A DNA stretch of 64,000 nt from an uncultured Bacteroidota bacterium. Lineage in GTDB: Bacteria > Bacteroidota > Bacteroidia > Bacteroidales > GCA-2748055. Location: assembly GCA_963783435.1 (NCBI GenBank), contig CAWANQ010000004.1:948428-1012427 (forward strand), in the 5' to 3' direction. Position 1 is the first letter of the stretch. Each line of letters opens with the position of its first letter. A program made the position numbers and the translations under genes. Positions 55,588-64,000 of this stretch are shown here, one piece after another. The notes under the pieces are model-generated. The model did not search any database, was not told where the DNA came from, and saw only the letters and a program-made list of their open reading frames with translations.

Positions 55588-55696
55588 TTTACATTCTGGA
55601 TTAAGGAAGTGCAAATTAACAAAAAAAAAACTGACCAAGTTGAAACAGAAATCAAATTATACTATCTTTAGTTTGATCAGTCTTTTCAAATGGAAA

Positions 55697-57880
55697 ATGG
55701 AGAATATCGGAGATATACTTCACAAAAATCTTAAGAAATACTTTGGCTTTGATAGCTTTAAGGGAAACCAGGAAGCCATCATTACCAATGTACTCAATGG
55801 CAAGGATTCTTTTGTTTTGATGCCAACGGGGGGAGGTAAATCCTTGTGTTATCAGCTTCCTGCACTTATCGAGGACGGCACCGCCATTGTAATTTCCCCC
55901 CTGATTGCTCTCATGAAAAATCAGGTGGATGCCATGCGGAGCTTCAGTCTGGACGACGGAGTAGCTCACTTTCTCAATTCATCACTAACAAAGAACGCGA
56001 TTGCCAAGGTTAAAAAAGATGTGCTTGACAAACGCACCCGCTTGTTATATGTGGCACCTGAAAGTCTTACCAAAGAAGAGAATATCACATTTCTTAAAAA
56101 GGTAAAGATCTCCTTTTATGCCATAGATGAGGCACACTGCATCTCAGAATGGGGCCATGATTTCAGGCCAGAGTACCGCAGGATCAGGCCCATTATCAAT
56201 AAGATCGGGAATGCACCACTGATTGCGCTCACAGCAACAGCCACTCCCAAAGTTCAGCATGATATCCAGAAAAACCTCGACATGTTGAATGCCCAGGTAT
56301 TTAAATCATCTTTTCGGCGGCATAACCTCTACTACGAAATCAGACCCAAGGTTCACGCCACCAAGGAGATCATTAAATTCATTTTGGCCAACCATGGTAA
56401 ATCAGGCATTATATACTGCTTGTCGAGAAAGAAGGTTGAACAACTTGCCGAAACGCTTAAAGTAAATGGTATCAAAGTCTTACCCTACCATGCCGGTATG
56501 GATGCTTTAACCCGGTCCTCTAACCAGGACCAGTTCCTGATGGAAGAGGTAGATGTGATTGTAGCCACCATTGCATTCGGGATGGGAATTGATAAACCTG
56601 ATGTGAGGTTTGTGATTCATTACGATATTCCAAAAAGTCTTGAAGGCTATTACCAGGAGACAGGAAGGGCAGGAAGAGATGGAGGTGAGGGGAAATGTAT
56701 CGCTTTCTACAGCTACAAGGATATACAGAAACTGGAGAAATTTATGCAGGGGAAGCCTGTGGCAGAGCAGGAGATCGGAAAGCAGTTATTGCTCGAAACA
56801 GTAGGGTACGCAGAATCAGCAGTATGCCGTCCAAAACTTTTGTTAAATTATTTTGGCGAGTTTATGGAAGAGGGTTGCGATAACTGTGACAATTGTCTGC
56901 ATCCCAAGGAAAGATTTGAGGGTAAATCCGAAGTCCTCTTAAGTTTAAAGGCCATACTGGGCGTACAGGAAAAATTCAAAGCCGAGCACATAGCAAACAT
57001 ACTTTCGGGAATTGCGAATAGTGCGGTTAAGACTTACAACCACCATCATTCGGAGTATTTCGGAGCTGGAAAAGAGAAGGATATCAGGTTTTGGAATGCC
57101 CTGCTAAGGCAGGCTCTGGTAGCAGGTCTGATCACAAAGGATATTGAGAACTATGGTTTGTTAAAAATGACTGCCGCTGGTCATGAATTTATTAAGAAAC
57201 CTCATTCTATGATGTTGACACAGGATCATGATTTTGATATTGCAACTGAAGATGGTCCCGCATCCGGAGGGGCAGGCACAGGTGCGGTGGATGATGAGCT
57301 GCTTCATATTTTAAAGGACTTGAGGAAGAAGATGGCAAAAAAGCTAAACCTTCCTCCTTTTGTTATCTTCCAGGATCCTTCACTGGAGGATATGGCCATA
57401 CAGTTTCCTGTAAAAATAGATGAGCTTCAGAATATTGTAGGGGTGGGGACCGGAAAGGCCAAGAAATACGGCAAAGAATTTGTTGAGGTCATCAATGAAT
57501 ATGTGGAGGAGAAGGATATTATCAGGCCACAGGATATGGTGGTAAAATCAGTGGTCAATAAATCGGGCGTTAAGGTTTATATTATTCAGAGCATCGACCG
57601 TAAACTAGGCCTTGATGATATTGCCCATGCCAAAAACCTGGAGTTGATGAATCTTATTGAGGAGATTGAGGCCATTGTAAATTCAGGGACCAAGCTCAAT
57701 ATAGATTATTACCTGGATGAAATTATGGATGATGAAAAGTTAGAAGAAATATATGAATACTTCAGGGAAGCTGAGACAGAATCGATTGATGAAGCGCTCG
57801 CCGAGTTGGGCGAGGAGTATTTCACGGAAGAAGAGATAAGACTTGTCAGAATAAAGTTTTTTTCTGAGCTTGCCAACTGA
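55697..57880 (+). CDS. recQ: ATP-dependent DNA helicase RecQ
   Basis: Start taken at MENIGDILHKNLKKYFGFDSFKGNQ. Motifs MPTGGGKSLCYQLPAL and AIDEAHCISEWGHDFRPEY, a Cys4 zinc region, and a C-terminal HRDC-like region. Confidence 0.95.
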   Translation: MENIGDILHKNLKKYFGFDSFKGNQEAIITNVLNGKDSFVLMPTGGGKSLCYQLPALIEDGTAIVISPLIALMKNQVDAMRSFSLDDGVAHFLNSSLTKNAIAKVKKDVLDKRTRLLYVAPESLTKEENITFLKKVKISFYAIDEAHCISEWGHDFRPEYRRIRPIINKIGNAPLIALTATATPKVQHDIQKNLDMLNAQVFKSSFRRHNLYYEIRPKVHATKEIIKFILANHGKSGIIYCLSRKKVEQLAETLKVNGIKVLPYHAGMDALTRSSNQDQFLMEEVDVIVATIAFGMGIDKPDVRFVIHYDIPKSLEGYYQETGRAGRDGGEGKCIAFYSYKDIQKLEKFMQGKPVAEQEIGKQLLLETVGYAESAVCRPKLLLNYFGEFMEEGCDNCDNCLHPKERFEGKSEVLLSLKAILGVQEKFKAEHIANILSGIANSAVKTYNHHHSEYFGAGKEKDIRFWNALLRQALVAGLITKDIENYGLLKMTAAGHEFIKKPHSMMLTQDHDFDIATEDGPASGGAGTGAVDDELLHILKDLRKKMAKKLNLPPFVIFQDPSLEDMAIQFPVKIDELQNIVGVGTGKAKKYGKEFVEVINEYVEEKDIIRPQDMVVKSVVNKSGVKVYIIQSIDRKLGLDDIAHAKNLELMNLIEEIEAIVNSGTKLNIDYYLDEIMDDEKLEEIYEYFREAETESIDEALAELGEEYFTEEEIRLVRIKFFSELAN

Positions 57881-57881
57881 A

Positions 57882-58775
57882 ATGAAGGAAATTCTATCCA
57901 TCAGGGGACTATCCAAATCCTATAAGAACGTCAAAGCCATACAGAACCTGAATCTGGAGATCTGCGAGGGGCAGGCATACGGAATACTGGGTCCGAACGG
58001 AAGCGGAAAGACCACCACACTCTCCATTGTCACCGGGATCATCCATCAGGACCAGGGCAGCTTCAGCTGGTTCGGGAAAGCTCCCGATGCACGCCAGCGA
58101 AAGGTGATTGGCTCTCTTATCGAAACACCACATTTCTATCCCTATCTGAACCTCATCAAGAACCTTCAGATCATATGTGATATTAAAGGCATCTCCTACA
58201 AAGACATTCTTCGTGTACTTGAGGCCGCTCGCCTGGCCGAGCGAAGAAAGAGCCGGTTCTCCACACTGTCTCTGGGTATGAAACAACGATTGGGTATTGC
58301 AGCTGCACTGCTGGGTGATCCCTCCGTACTGGTTTTGGATGAACCCACAAATGGCCTCGACCCCGAAGGAATAGCCGAAGTAAGGGAGATTGTGATTCAA
58401 CAGGTGGAACTGGGTAAAACATTGATCCTGGCCTCTCACATTCTCTCAGAGGTAGAAAAGATCTGCAACCATGTCGCCATCTTAAAAAAAGGAGAGTTAC
58501 TGGCCAATGGACCCGTAAAAGAGTTGCTTGCCGAAGATGAGATCATAGAAATTTCCTGCAACAGAAACGAGGAGTTGAAAGTTAAGCTGGAAGGATCGGA
58601 ACTGGTGAAAGAGATTGAGACTGAAAACGGTCTGCTGGTGCTTACTTTGAATGAAAACATCACTCCTGCAGAAATTAATGCCTTTGCATTTTCCAATGAA
58701 TTGGTCATTTATCATATGTTGAGTCGAAAACGCAGCCTTGAATCACAGTTCCTCGAACTGGTTAAAGAAGAGTGA
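57882..58775 (+). CDS. ABC transporter ATP-binding protein (ABC-2 type)
   Basis: Motifs GPNGSGKTT, LSLGMKQR, LVLDEPTNGLDP. Confidence 0.9.
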   Translation: MKEILSIRGLSKSYKNVKAIQNLNLEICEGQAYGILGPNGSGKTTTLSIVTGIIHQDQGSFSWFGKAPDARQRKVIGSLIETPHFYPYLNLIKNLQIICDIKGISYKDILRVLEAARLAERRKSRFSTLSLGMKQRLGIAAALLGDPSVLVLDEPTNGLDPEGIAEVREIVIQQVELGKTLILASHILSEVEKICNHVAILKKGELLANGPVKELLAEDEIIEISCNRNEELKVKLEGSELVKEIETENGLLVLTLNENITPAEINAFAFSNELVIYHMLSRKRSLESQFLELVKEE

Positions 58776-59605
58776 AATTGCCCATGAGAAGATTACTGCA
58801 TATTGAGCAGGTAAAACTATTAAACTACAATCCCTTCAGGATCACACTGGGAATCTACTTCATTGCATTTACCCTGGGTCTTCTGATATATCCGGCTGTG
58901 GATAAGGAGATCCCTGTGATCTCCCTGAGTGATCTTTTCAGGTTCCCCGATGTGTGGATGTTTCTTACCTGGGTTACTGAGCCTTACAATGTATTACTTG
59001 CATTGATCATTATTATGATCACGACCAAGGAGTTTAGCAACCATACCTTTAAAACCCAGTTAATTTTCGGACTCAGCCGAACCGAATTGCTTCTTCAAAA
59101 GTTGCTGCTAATTGCCGTTCTCGCGGTTTTTGCCACCCTCCTGCTTGGGCTCACCTCTCTGACCCTGGGGCTCATATACAGTTATAAGATCACCTTTAAA
59201 TTGGCCCTGGAGAATACCTGGGTTCTGAGCCGTTACCTGATCTCTTCCTTTGCTTATATGTCCATGGGCTTGCTAATCGCACTCCTGGTAAAAAATACTG
59301 CACTCTCGCTCCTCACTTTCCTGGCCATGCGTGTTTTTGTGGATCCGGTACTGTTCCTGGTTCTGAGAAAATACGAGGTGAAATGGTACCTGCCCTTTCG
59401 CACCACCACCCAGCTTACCCCTGTGCCCGATCTTATTGAGATTTTTCAGAGGAAGATGAACAGCAGTGAGACCATTGATGAATCTGCCCTTGATCTGCTT
59501 CCCAAAGGATTGCCTGACTGGCTCAATCTTGGTCTTGTAATCGTCTATGCAGCACTGGCACTCTTCTTCAGTTACAGGCTCCTTCAAAGAAGAAGATTTA
59601 CTTAG
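58772..59605 (+). CDS. ABC-2 type transporter permease
   Basis: 277 aa with about six hydrophobic helices. GTGA start/stop overlap with the ATPase gene. Confidence 0.6.
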   Translation: MKLPMRRLLHIEQVKLLNYNPFRITLGIYFIAFTLGLLIYPAVDKEIPVISLSDLFRFPDVWMFLTWVTEPYNVLLALIIIMITTKEFSNHTFKTQLIFGLSRTELLLQKLLLIAVLAVFATLLLGLTSLTLGLIYSYKITFKLALENTWVLSRYLISSFAYMSMGLLIALLVKNTALSLLTFLAMRVFVDPVLFLVLRKYEVKWYLPFRTTTQLTPVPDLIEIFQRKMNSSETIDESALDLLPKGLPDWLNLGLVIVYAALALFFSYRLLQRRRFT

Positions 59606-60746
59606 GGATTCTTTCTTTCCATACAGATTGACCGGATAAGGATCTGATCAAGATCATCAGAAATACAGGATAATAAACAATGGATGCCAGCAGAAACCAC
59701 TTTACAGGCAGCTTTTGTTTGGTAAACCGGGCCGTTCTGAAAATGAGTGATCCATCGACCATTGTTTTCGCCAACCATATACCCAGCAGCCAGGGCCAGG
59801 TGCCTGAAAAAGAGAGTGCCCAAGCCGGAAAAATCAAAACTGCCACATTGCTAAGAACCACCAGAAGGGCCAGGAGCTGGATGTCCCATTGCCTGTAGTG
59901 GGGTGTTTTTGATCCCCAGCGAACCCGCTGTTTCAAATAGGACGAAAGCTTGTTAACCGGAGTGGTACAGACTGTTGAATCGGTGGCCAGATTATAAGAG
60001 AGGGACCTGCCCAGTTTTCGGGCTCCGATCATTAAAAACATATCATCTCCTGAAGCAACAGACTCCGAGGGATCATATAAACGGGTCTGATTGTAAAGAT
60101 CCTTTGAGAAGACCAGGTTGGCCCCACTGCACATCATGGGCCTCTTAAAAAAAAAGGAGGCTGCGCCCACACCGGATAGACTTAACAGATCCATTCGTTC
60201 AAAGGTCTCCATAAATCTATTGGAGTCAATGAATGTGGTAACCAGGCCCGCTACCAAATCTGAAGGATGCTTTTCCAGGTGATTCATATGAGAGCTTATA
60301 AACCTTTCCCCAATTCTGCAATCTGCATCCACCTGAATAATCCAATCATTTTCCACCTTTTCTATTCCAAAACAAAGGGCTTCCTTTTTTCCATGTTTAT
60401 TCTCAGGAAGACTCAGGCAGGAAAATCCAGCCCTGTTAGCGGTCAATGATTCAAGGACCCTTATGGAATCATCCTCTGAATGATCATCTACGAAAAATAC
60501 CTGGAAAAGGTCCGCCGGATAGGTCTGAGCCAAAAGATCCTGCACCAGTCCACCCAAATTTTTACCTTCATTCCGAAATGGAATTACCAGGGATACCCGG
60601 GTAGTTCCCTCTGGGTTCACACGCCCCGAATACCTTATCTGCGAGAGTCTATATGAATAAAGGGCTATAACTGTGACGTAGAGGAAGACAATGAAAACAG
60701 GTATTGATACCAGGAGTGACATGGCCAGGCTAATCTTGCTGGTCAA
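59598..60746 (-). CDS. Membrane-bound family 2 glycosyltransferase
   Basis: 382 aa. Motifs VSLVIPFRNEG, VDDHSED, QVDADC (DxD), QRVRWG. Flanking TM helices. Confidence 0.8.
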   Translation of the reverse strand: MTSKISLAMSLLVSIPVFIVFLYVTVIALYSYRLSQIRYSGRVNPEGTTRVSLVIPFRNEGKNLGGLVQDLLAQTYPADLFQVFFVDDHSEDDSIRVLESLTANRAGFSCLSLPENKHGKKEALCFGIEKVENDWIIQVDADCRIGERFISSHMNHLEKHPSDLVAGLVTTFIDSNRFMETFERMDLLSLSGVGAASFFFKRPMMCSGANLVFSKDLYNQTRLYDPSESVASGDDMFLMIGARKLGRSLSYNLATDSTVCTTPVNKLSSYLKQRVRWGSKTPHYRQWDIQLLALLVVLSNVAVLIFPAWALSFSGTWPWLLGIWLAKTMVDGSLIFRTARFTKQKLPVKWFLLASIVYYPVFLMILIRSLSGQSVWKERIPK

Positions 60747-61137
60747 AAAATGACTGCATCATTTCGAAGAGCAATTGAAATTTCAGAGGTTTAGCTATAA
60801 ATGCATTACACCCGGCTTTCTTGCATGCAATCTCATCTTCTTCATAGGCATTTGCAGTGGTGGCTACCACCACTAGATCGGGACGCATTAGTTTGAGCAC
60901 CCTGGTGGCCTCAAAGCCATTTACTTCGGGCATTTGCATATCCATAAGCACCAGGTCGTAGTGTGCATCTGACTCGCAGAATTCAATGGCCTTTCTGCCG
61001 TTGGTGGCATGAACCACTTCAGCCTGAACCTGTCTCAATACGGCAGAGATTAGTTTAAAAGAGATCAAATTGTCCTCTACCACAAGAATTACCTTGCCGG
61101 AAAAATCAAATTTGTATTTCCCCCTTGATGGCATCAT
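60730..61137 (-). CDS. Stand-alone response-regulator receiver domain
   Basis: Start taken at the ATG overlapping the nupC stop (TAATG). Motifs VILVVEDN, DLVLMDMQMPEVNG, VATTANA, AKPL. Confidence 0.85.
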   Translation of the reverse strand: MMPSRGKYKFDFSGKVILVVEDNLISFKLISAVLRQVQAEVVHATNGRKAIEFCESDAHYDLVLMDMQMPEVNGFEATRVLKLMRPDLVVVATTANAYEEDEIACKKAGCNAFIAKPLKFQLLFEMMQSFFDQQD

Positions 61138-62492
61138 TAACCCATTAAAATTCCAATAATGGTAGCTGAAAGAAGTGATGCCAGGGTTCCTGCCAACAAT
61201 GCACGCATACCCAGTTGTGCAAGCATAACCCTTCTTCCTGGTGCAAGTGCTCCAATTCCTCCTATCTGTATGCCTATGGAAGCGAAATTGGCAAAACCAC
61301 ATAGCATATAGACCGACATAACGATCGATTTTGTCTCGGTAAATGCACCGGCAGCCTTTAAGTCAGATAAACCAATGTATGCAACAAATTCTGTCAGAAT
61401 CAATTTTTTACCCAGCAATGAACCCACCAGGGTAATGTCCTCCTTAGCCACCCCGATCAACCACATCAATGGGGACAGTGTATATCCCATAATAAACTCA
61501 AGGCTGAGTTCGTCATACTTCCCATGGGTAAGTGTATCTATCTTGTCATTCAGCGAGGTCAGGTCTCCCAGCTTGATAAAGATATAGTTAATCAGCGCGA
61601 TAAATGCAAGGAATACAAGAAGCATGGCCCCCACATTTACTGCCAGCCTCAAACCTTCACTGGTTCCATTGGAAATGGCATCCAGAGCATTTTTACCAAT
61701 ACCGCTTCTGGAAACGTCGATTTGCTTATTGATGTTGTCGGTTTGAGGAACAATGATCTTGGAGATCACCACCACTCCGGGAGCAGCCATCACTGAAGCA
61801 GTCAACAGATGTTTGGCAAAAATAATCTGCTGACTGGGCTCACCTCCTCCCAGGAACCCGATATAAGCAGCCAGAACTCCACCAGCCAGGGTGGCCATTC
61901 CGCCGGCCATTACCAGAAGGATCTCAGAACGATTCATCTTTTCCAGGTAGGCTTTTATCAATAAGGGAGATTCGGTCTGACCCAGAAAAATATTACCTGC
62001 CACCGAAAGGCTTTCAGCTCCTGAAAGGCCCAGAGCCCTGGACAAGAGGTATCCGAATATCTTCACAAAAAACTGAATGATTCCAAAATAGAATAGCAGG
62101 CTCGATATGGCAGAAAAGAAGATGATGGTGGGCAGAATGGAAAATGCAAAATTCTTCAGGGCAGGATCCACCTCACCGGTGTCGCTTCTACTCAACAAAA
62201 AAGTTACCCCTTCATTGGTGAATGCAAGGATCTTAACAAAAACTTTCCCGATCATCTCAAAAAATACCTGGAGGAAAGGCACATATAGAATTCCAATGGC
62301 CAGCACCAGTTGAATGAGCAAACCGGTACCCACCTTTTTCCAGACAATGGACTTTCGATCGGTACTGAATACCCAGGCTATGGCAATAAGCACTCCCATA
62401 CCAAGCAAGCCCCTTAAGATACGTTCCAGGTTGAAATCAAATCCCGCCATTTCGGGAAGAATGTTGGTCATTTGAGAAGCCTCTGAGATCAT
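61137..62492 (-). CDS. nupC: NupC/CNT-family nucleoside transporter
   Basis: 451 aa, multi-TM. Family C-terminal pattern CGFANFASIGIQIGGIGALAP. Confidence 0.9.
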   Translation of the reverse strand: MISEASQMTNILPEMAGFDFNLERILRGLLGMGVLIAIAWVFSTDRKSIVWKKVGTGLLIQLVLAIGILYVPFLQVFFEMIGKVFVKILAFTNEGVTFLLSRSDTGEVDPALKNFAFSILPTIIFFSAISSLLFYFGIIQFFVKIFGYLLSRALGLSGAESLSVAGNIFLGQTESPLLIKAYLEKMNRSEILLVMAGGMATLAGGVLAAYIGFLGGGEPSQQIIFAKHLLTASVMAAPGVVVISKIIVPQTDNINKQIDVSRSGIGKNALDAISNGTSEGLRLAVNVGAMLLVFLAFIALINYIFIKLGDLTSLNDKIDTLTHGKYDELSLEFIMGYTLSPLMWLIGVAKEDITLVGSLLGKKLILTEFVAYIGLSDLKAAGAFTETKSIVMSVYMLCGFANFASIGIQIGGIGALAPGRRVMLAQLGMRALLAGTLASLLSATIIGILMG

Positions 62493-63109
62493 TTTGACCT
62501 TCTCTTTATCTCATCCCTTACCTCTGAAGCGCGTTCATAATCTTCCTTGGAAACTGCATCGGCAAGCAAAGACTTTAATTCATCCATGGGGGTATCAGAC
62601 AGATTGGGTAAAATAGTTCGCTTTTTCACTTTTTCAGGGGGAGTCTCAATTATTTCGTCCTCTGGGATTTTAGGCGCCTCCAGATCAGAACCTTTTTCAA
62701 AGTCAAGTACAATTCCGGCTTTTTCAACAATATCCTCTGTGGTGTAAATGGGGCATTTAAAACGCAGAGCCAGGGCGATTGCATCGGAGGTCCGGGCATC
62801 GAGTGTAATCTGGGTATCTCCGTTATCACAAAGTATACTTGCGAAGAATACACCATCCTCGAGCTTGTGTATATTTACTTCCAGGATTCGAATCCCATAA
62901 GATTGGGCAAAGTCCTTAAACAGATCGTGGGTAAGCGGACGAGGTGGGGCCAAACCTTCAAGCTCAATGGCAATAGCCTGTGCTTCAAATCCTCCAACAA
63001 TAATGGGAATTCTTCTGTTCCCATCCTCCTCTGATAGCACCAAAGCATACGCTCCTGATTGAGTCTGGCTATATGAAATCCCAAGGACGTTAAGCTTTAT
63101 TTTCCCCAT
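62489..63109 (-). CDS. Bifunctional nuclease (DNase/RNase) with C-terminal UVR motif
   Basis: Start taken at MGKIKLNVLGISYSQTQSGAYALVL. Motifs RRIPIIVGGFEAQAIAIELEG and RPLTHDL. UVR-like ELKSLLADAVSKEDYERASEVRDEI. Confidence 0.8.
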   Translation of the reverse strand: MGKIKLNVLGISYSQTQSGAYALVLSEEDGNRRIPIIVGGFEAQAIAIELEGLAPPRPLTHDLFKDFAQSYGIRILEVNIHKLEDGVFFASILCDNGDTQITLDARTSDAIALALRFKCPIYTTEDIVEKAGIVLDFEKGSDLEAPKIPEDEIIETPPEKVKKRTILPNLSDTPMDELKSLLADAVSKEDYERASEVRDEIKRRSK

Positions 63110-63186
63110 ACCTGAATCCACTCTCTTTAGTCACAAATATAAACATAACTGAGACAAAAACATCAACAAAATATTTCCTTGAAATC

Positions 63187-63217
63187 TTTGTCAATCATAC
63201 AATCTTTTCTATCTTTG
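63187..63217 (+). promoter_or_regulatory. Bacteroidota sigma-A type promoter for rplU-rpmA
   Basis: TTTG (63187-63190), a 19-nt spacer, then TATCTTTG (63210-63217, matching TAnnTTTG), 41 nt upstream of the rplU ATG. Confidence 0.6.
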
Positions 63218-63257
63218 CAGACCCAAAATTCTGACATTAAGTAAAAAGTAATCAGAA

Positions 63258-63791
63258 ATGTACGCAATTGTTGATATAGCAGGACAGCAGTTTAAGGTTG
63301 AAAAAGACCAGAAATTGTATGTGCACAGGCTCGAAGGAGAAGAAGGAAAAAAAGTTTCTTTCGACAAGGTATTATTAATCGATACAGGAAGTAAAGTTTC
63401 TGTAGGTGAGCCCGTAGTAAAAGGCGCATCGGTAGATGCGAAAATTGTCACCCACGTGAAGGGAGATAAGGTATTGGTATTTAAAAAGAAGAGAAGGAAG
63501 GGTTATCAGAAGCTGAACGGTCACCGCCAGCAATTCACCCAGATCCAGATCGAGGGGATTTCTGAAAAAGCTGCCTCAAAACCCAAGGCTGCCGCAGAGA
63601 AGCAACCGAAGGATCCGAGCAAAGCAAAGAACGAAGCTCCGGCCAAACCAGCAGAAACTAAGAAAGCTGCTGCTGCAAAAAAACCTGCAGCTAAAGCCGC
63701 AACAACTCAAGCGAAGGAAGCTAAGCCCGAGGCAAAGAAACCTGCCGCTAAAAAGGCTGCTCCCAAAAAGGAGGAGTCCGGGGAAAAATAG
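63258..63791 (+). CDS. rplU: 50S ribosomal protein L21 with ~75-aa Lys/Ala/Pro-rich C-terminal extension
   Basis: Starts [25 protein letters not shown] and has ..[13 protein letters not shown]. The tail is [27 protein letters not shown]. Confidence 0.95.
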   Translation: MYAIVDIAGQQFKVEKDQKLYVHRLEGEEGKKVSFDKVLLIDTGSKVSVGEPVVKGASVDAKIVTHVKGDKVLVFKKKRRKGYQKLNGHRQQFTQIQIEGISEKAASKPKAAAEKQPKDPSKAKNEAPAKPAETKKAAAAKKPAAKAATTQAKEAKPEAKKPAAKKAAPKKEESGEK

Positions 63792-63827
63792 TTAAAAGAG
63801 TAAAGTAAAAAGTAAAAGTCAACAGAT

Positions 63828-64000
63828 ATGGCACACAAAAAAGGAGCCGGTAGTTCAAGAAACGGTCGCGAATCAGAAAGCAAACGTCTGGGTGTAAAAA
63901 TTTATGGCGGCCAGGAGGTTATAGCCGGTAACATCATCGTTAGGCAAAGAGGTACAGTTCATCATCCTGGCAAAAACGTGGGTCTTGGAAAAGACCATAC
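63828..64000 (+). CDS. rpmA: 50S ribosomal protein L27 (partial, runs off window)
   Basis: Starts [31 protein letters not shown].. from ATG 63828. No stop before the window end. Confidence 0.9.
   Translation, partial: MAHKKGAGSSRNGRESESKRLGVKIYGGQEVIAGNIIVRQRGTVHHPGKNVGLGKDH

Noticed and set aside
1-64000. CRISPR arrays, diversity-generating retroelement (TR/VR pair plus RT), invertible promoters, rRNA, intact IS elements
   Set aside because: I scanned both strands by eye. I saw no regularly spaced short repeats, no reverse transcriptase or transposase ORF, and no long inverted repeats flanking promoters. The only repeats seen are those reported above.

Overview
This is a 64-kb chromosomal segment from a Bacteroidota bacterium. 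Supporting evidence is a SusC/SusD pair, five proteins with type A T9SS C-terminal sorting domains, a PorQ-like gene, and a TTTG-N19-TAnnTTTG promoter at rplU. Left part (1-18 kb): a glycan-utilisation cluster followed by a tandem class III cyclase-TPR protein. The cluster holds GT4, a PIG-L deacetylase, two GH130 enzymes, a 1041-aa PKD/LamG T9SS protein, a tandem-LamG T9SS protein, SusD split by a frameshift, and SusC. Middle part (about 18-41 kb): a patchwork accessory region ending at tRNA-Pro(CGG). It contains an NMO/FabK-like oxidoreductase and a TonB-dependent receptor preceded by a small di-haem cytochrome c lipoprotein. It also contains a ~1816-aa T9SS giant-protein gene, split by one frameshift and bracketed by 50-nt direct repeats, followed by a tyrosine-integrase remnant. 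Beyond that lie a beta-carbonic anhydrase plus SulP and an NnrE fragment truncated at both ends. The segment nearest the tRNA looks AT-richer by eye. It carries C10, M43-like and decayed S8 proteases, a tail-fibre/S74-chaperone T9SS protein, and an ORF-free 1.2-kb stretch with an array of perfect GC-rich hairpins. It also carries an XRE-antitoxin-ParE three-gene module and a HicB gene whose stop codon lies inside the tRNA. Right part (41-64 kb): conserved housekeeping genes (heptose kinase, priA, pfkA, ispH, cmk, porQ-like, clpX, clpP, tig, tRNA-Leu, lptB, tatC, recQ, ABC transporter, GT2, receiver, nupC, bifunctional nuclease, rplU, rpmA). I saw no rRNA, CRISPR array, intact transposase or reverse transcriptase. 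All functional calls come from motif recognition by eye on the supplied translations and sequence. No database search or numerical composition analysis was run.
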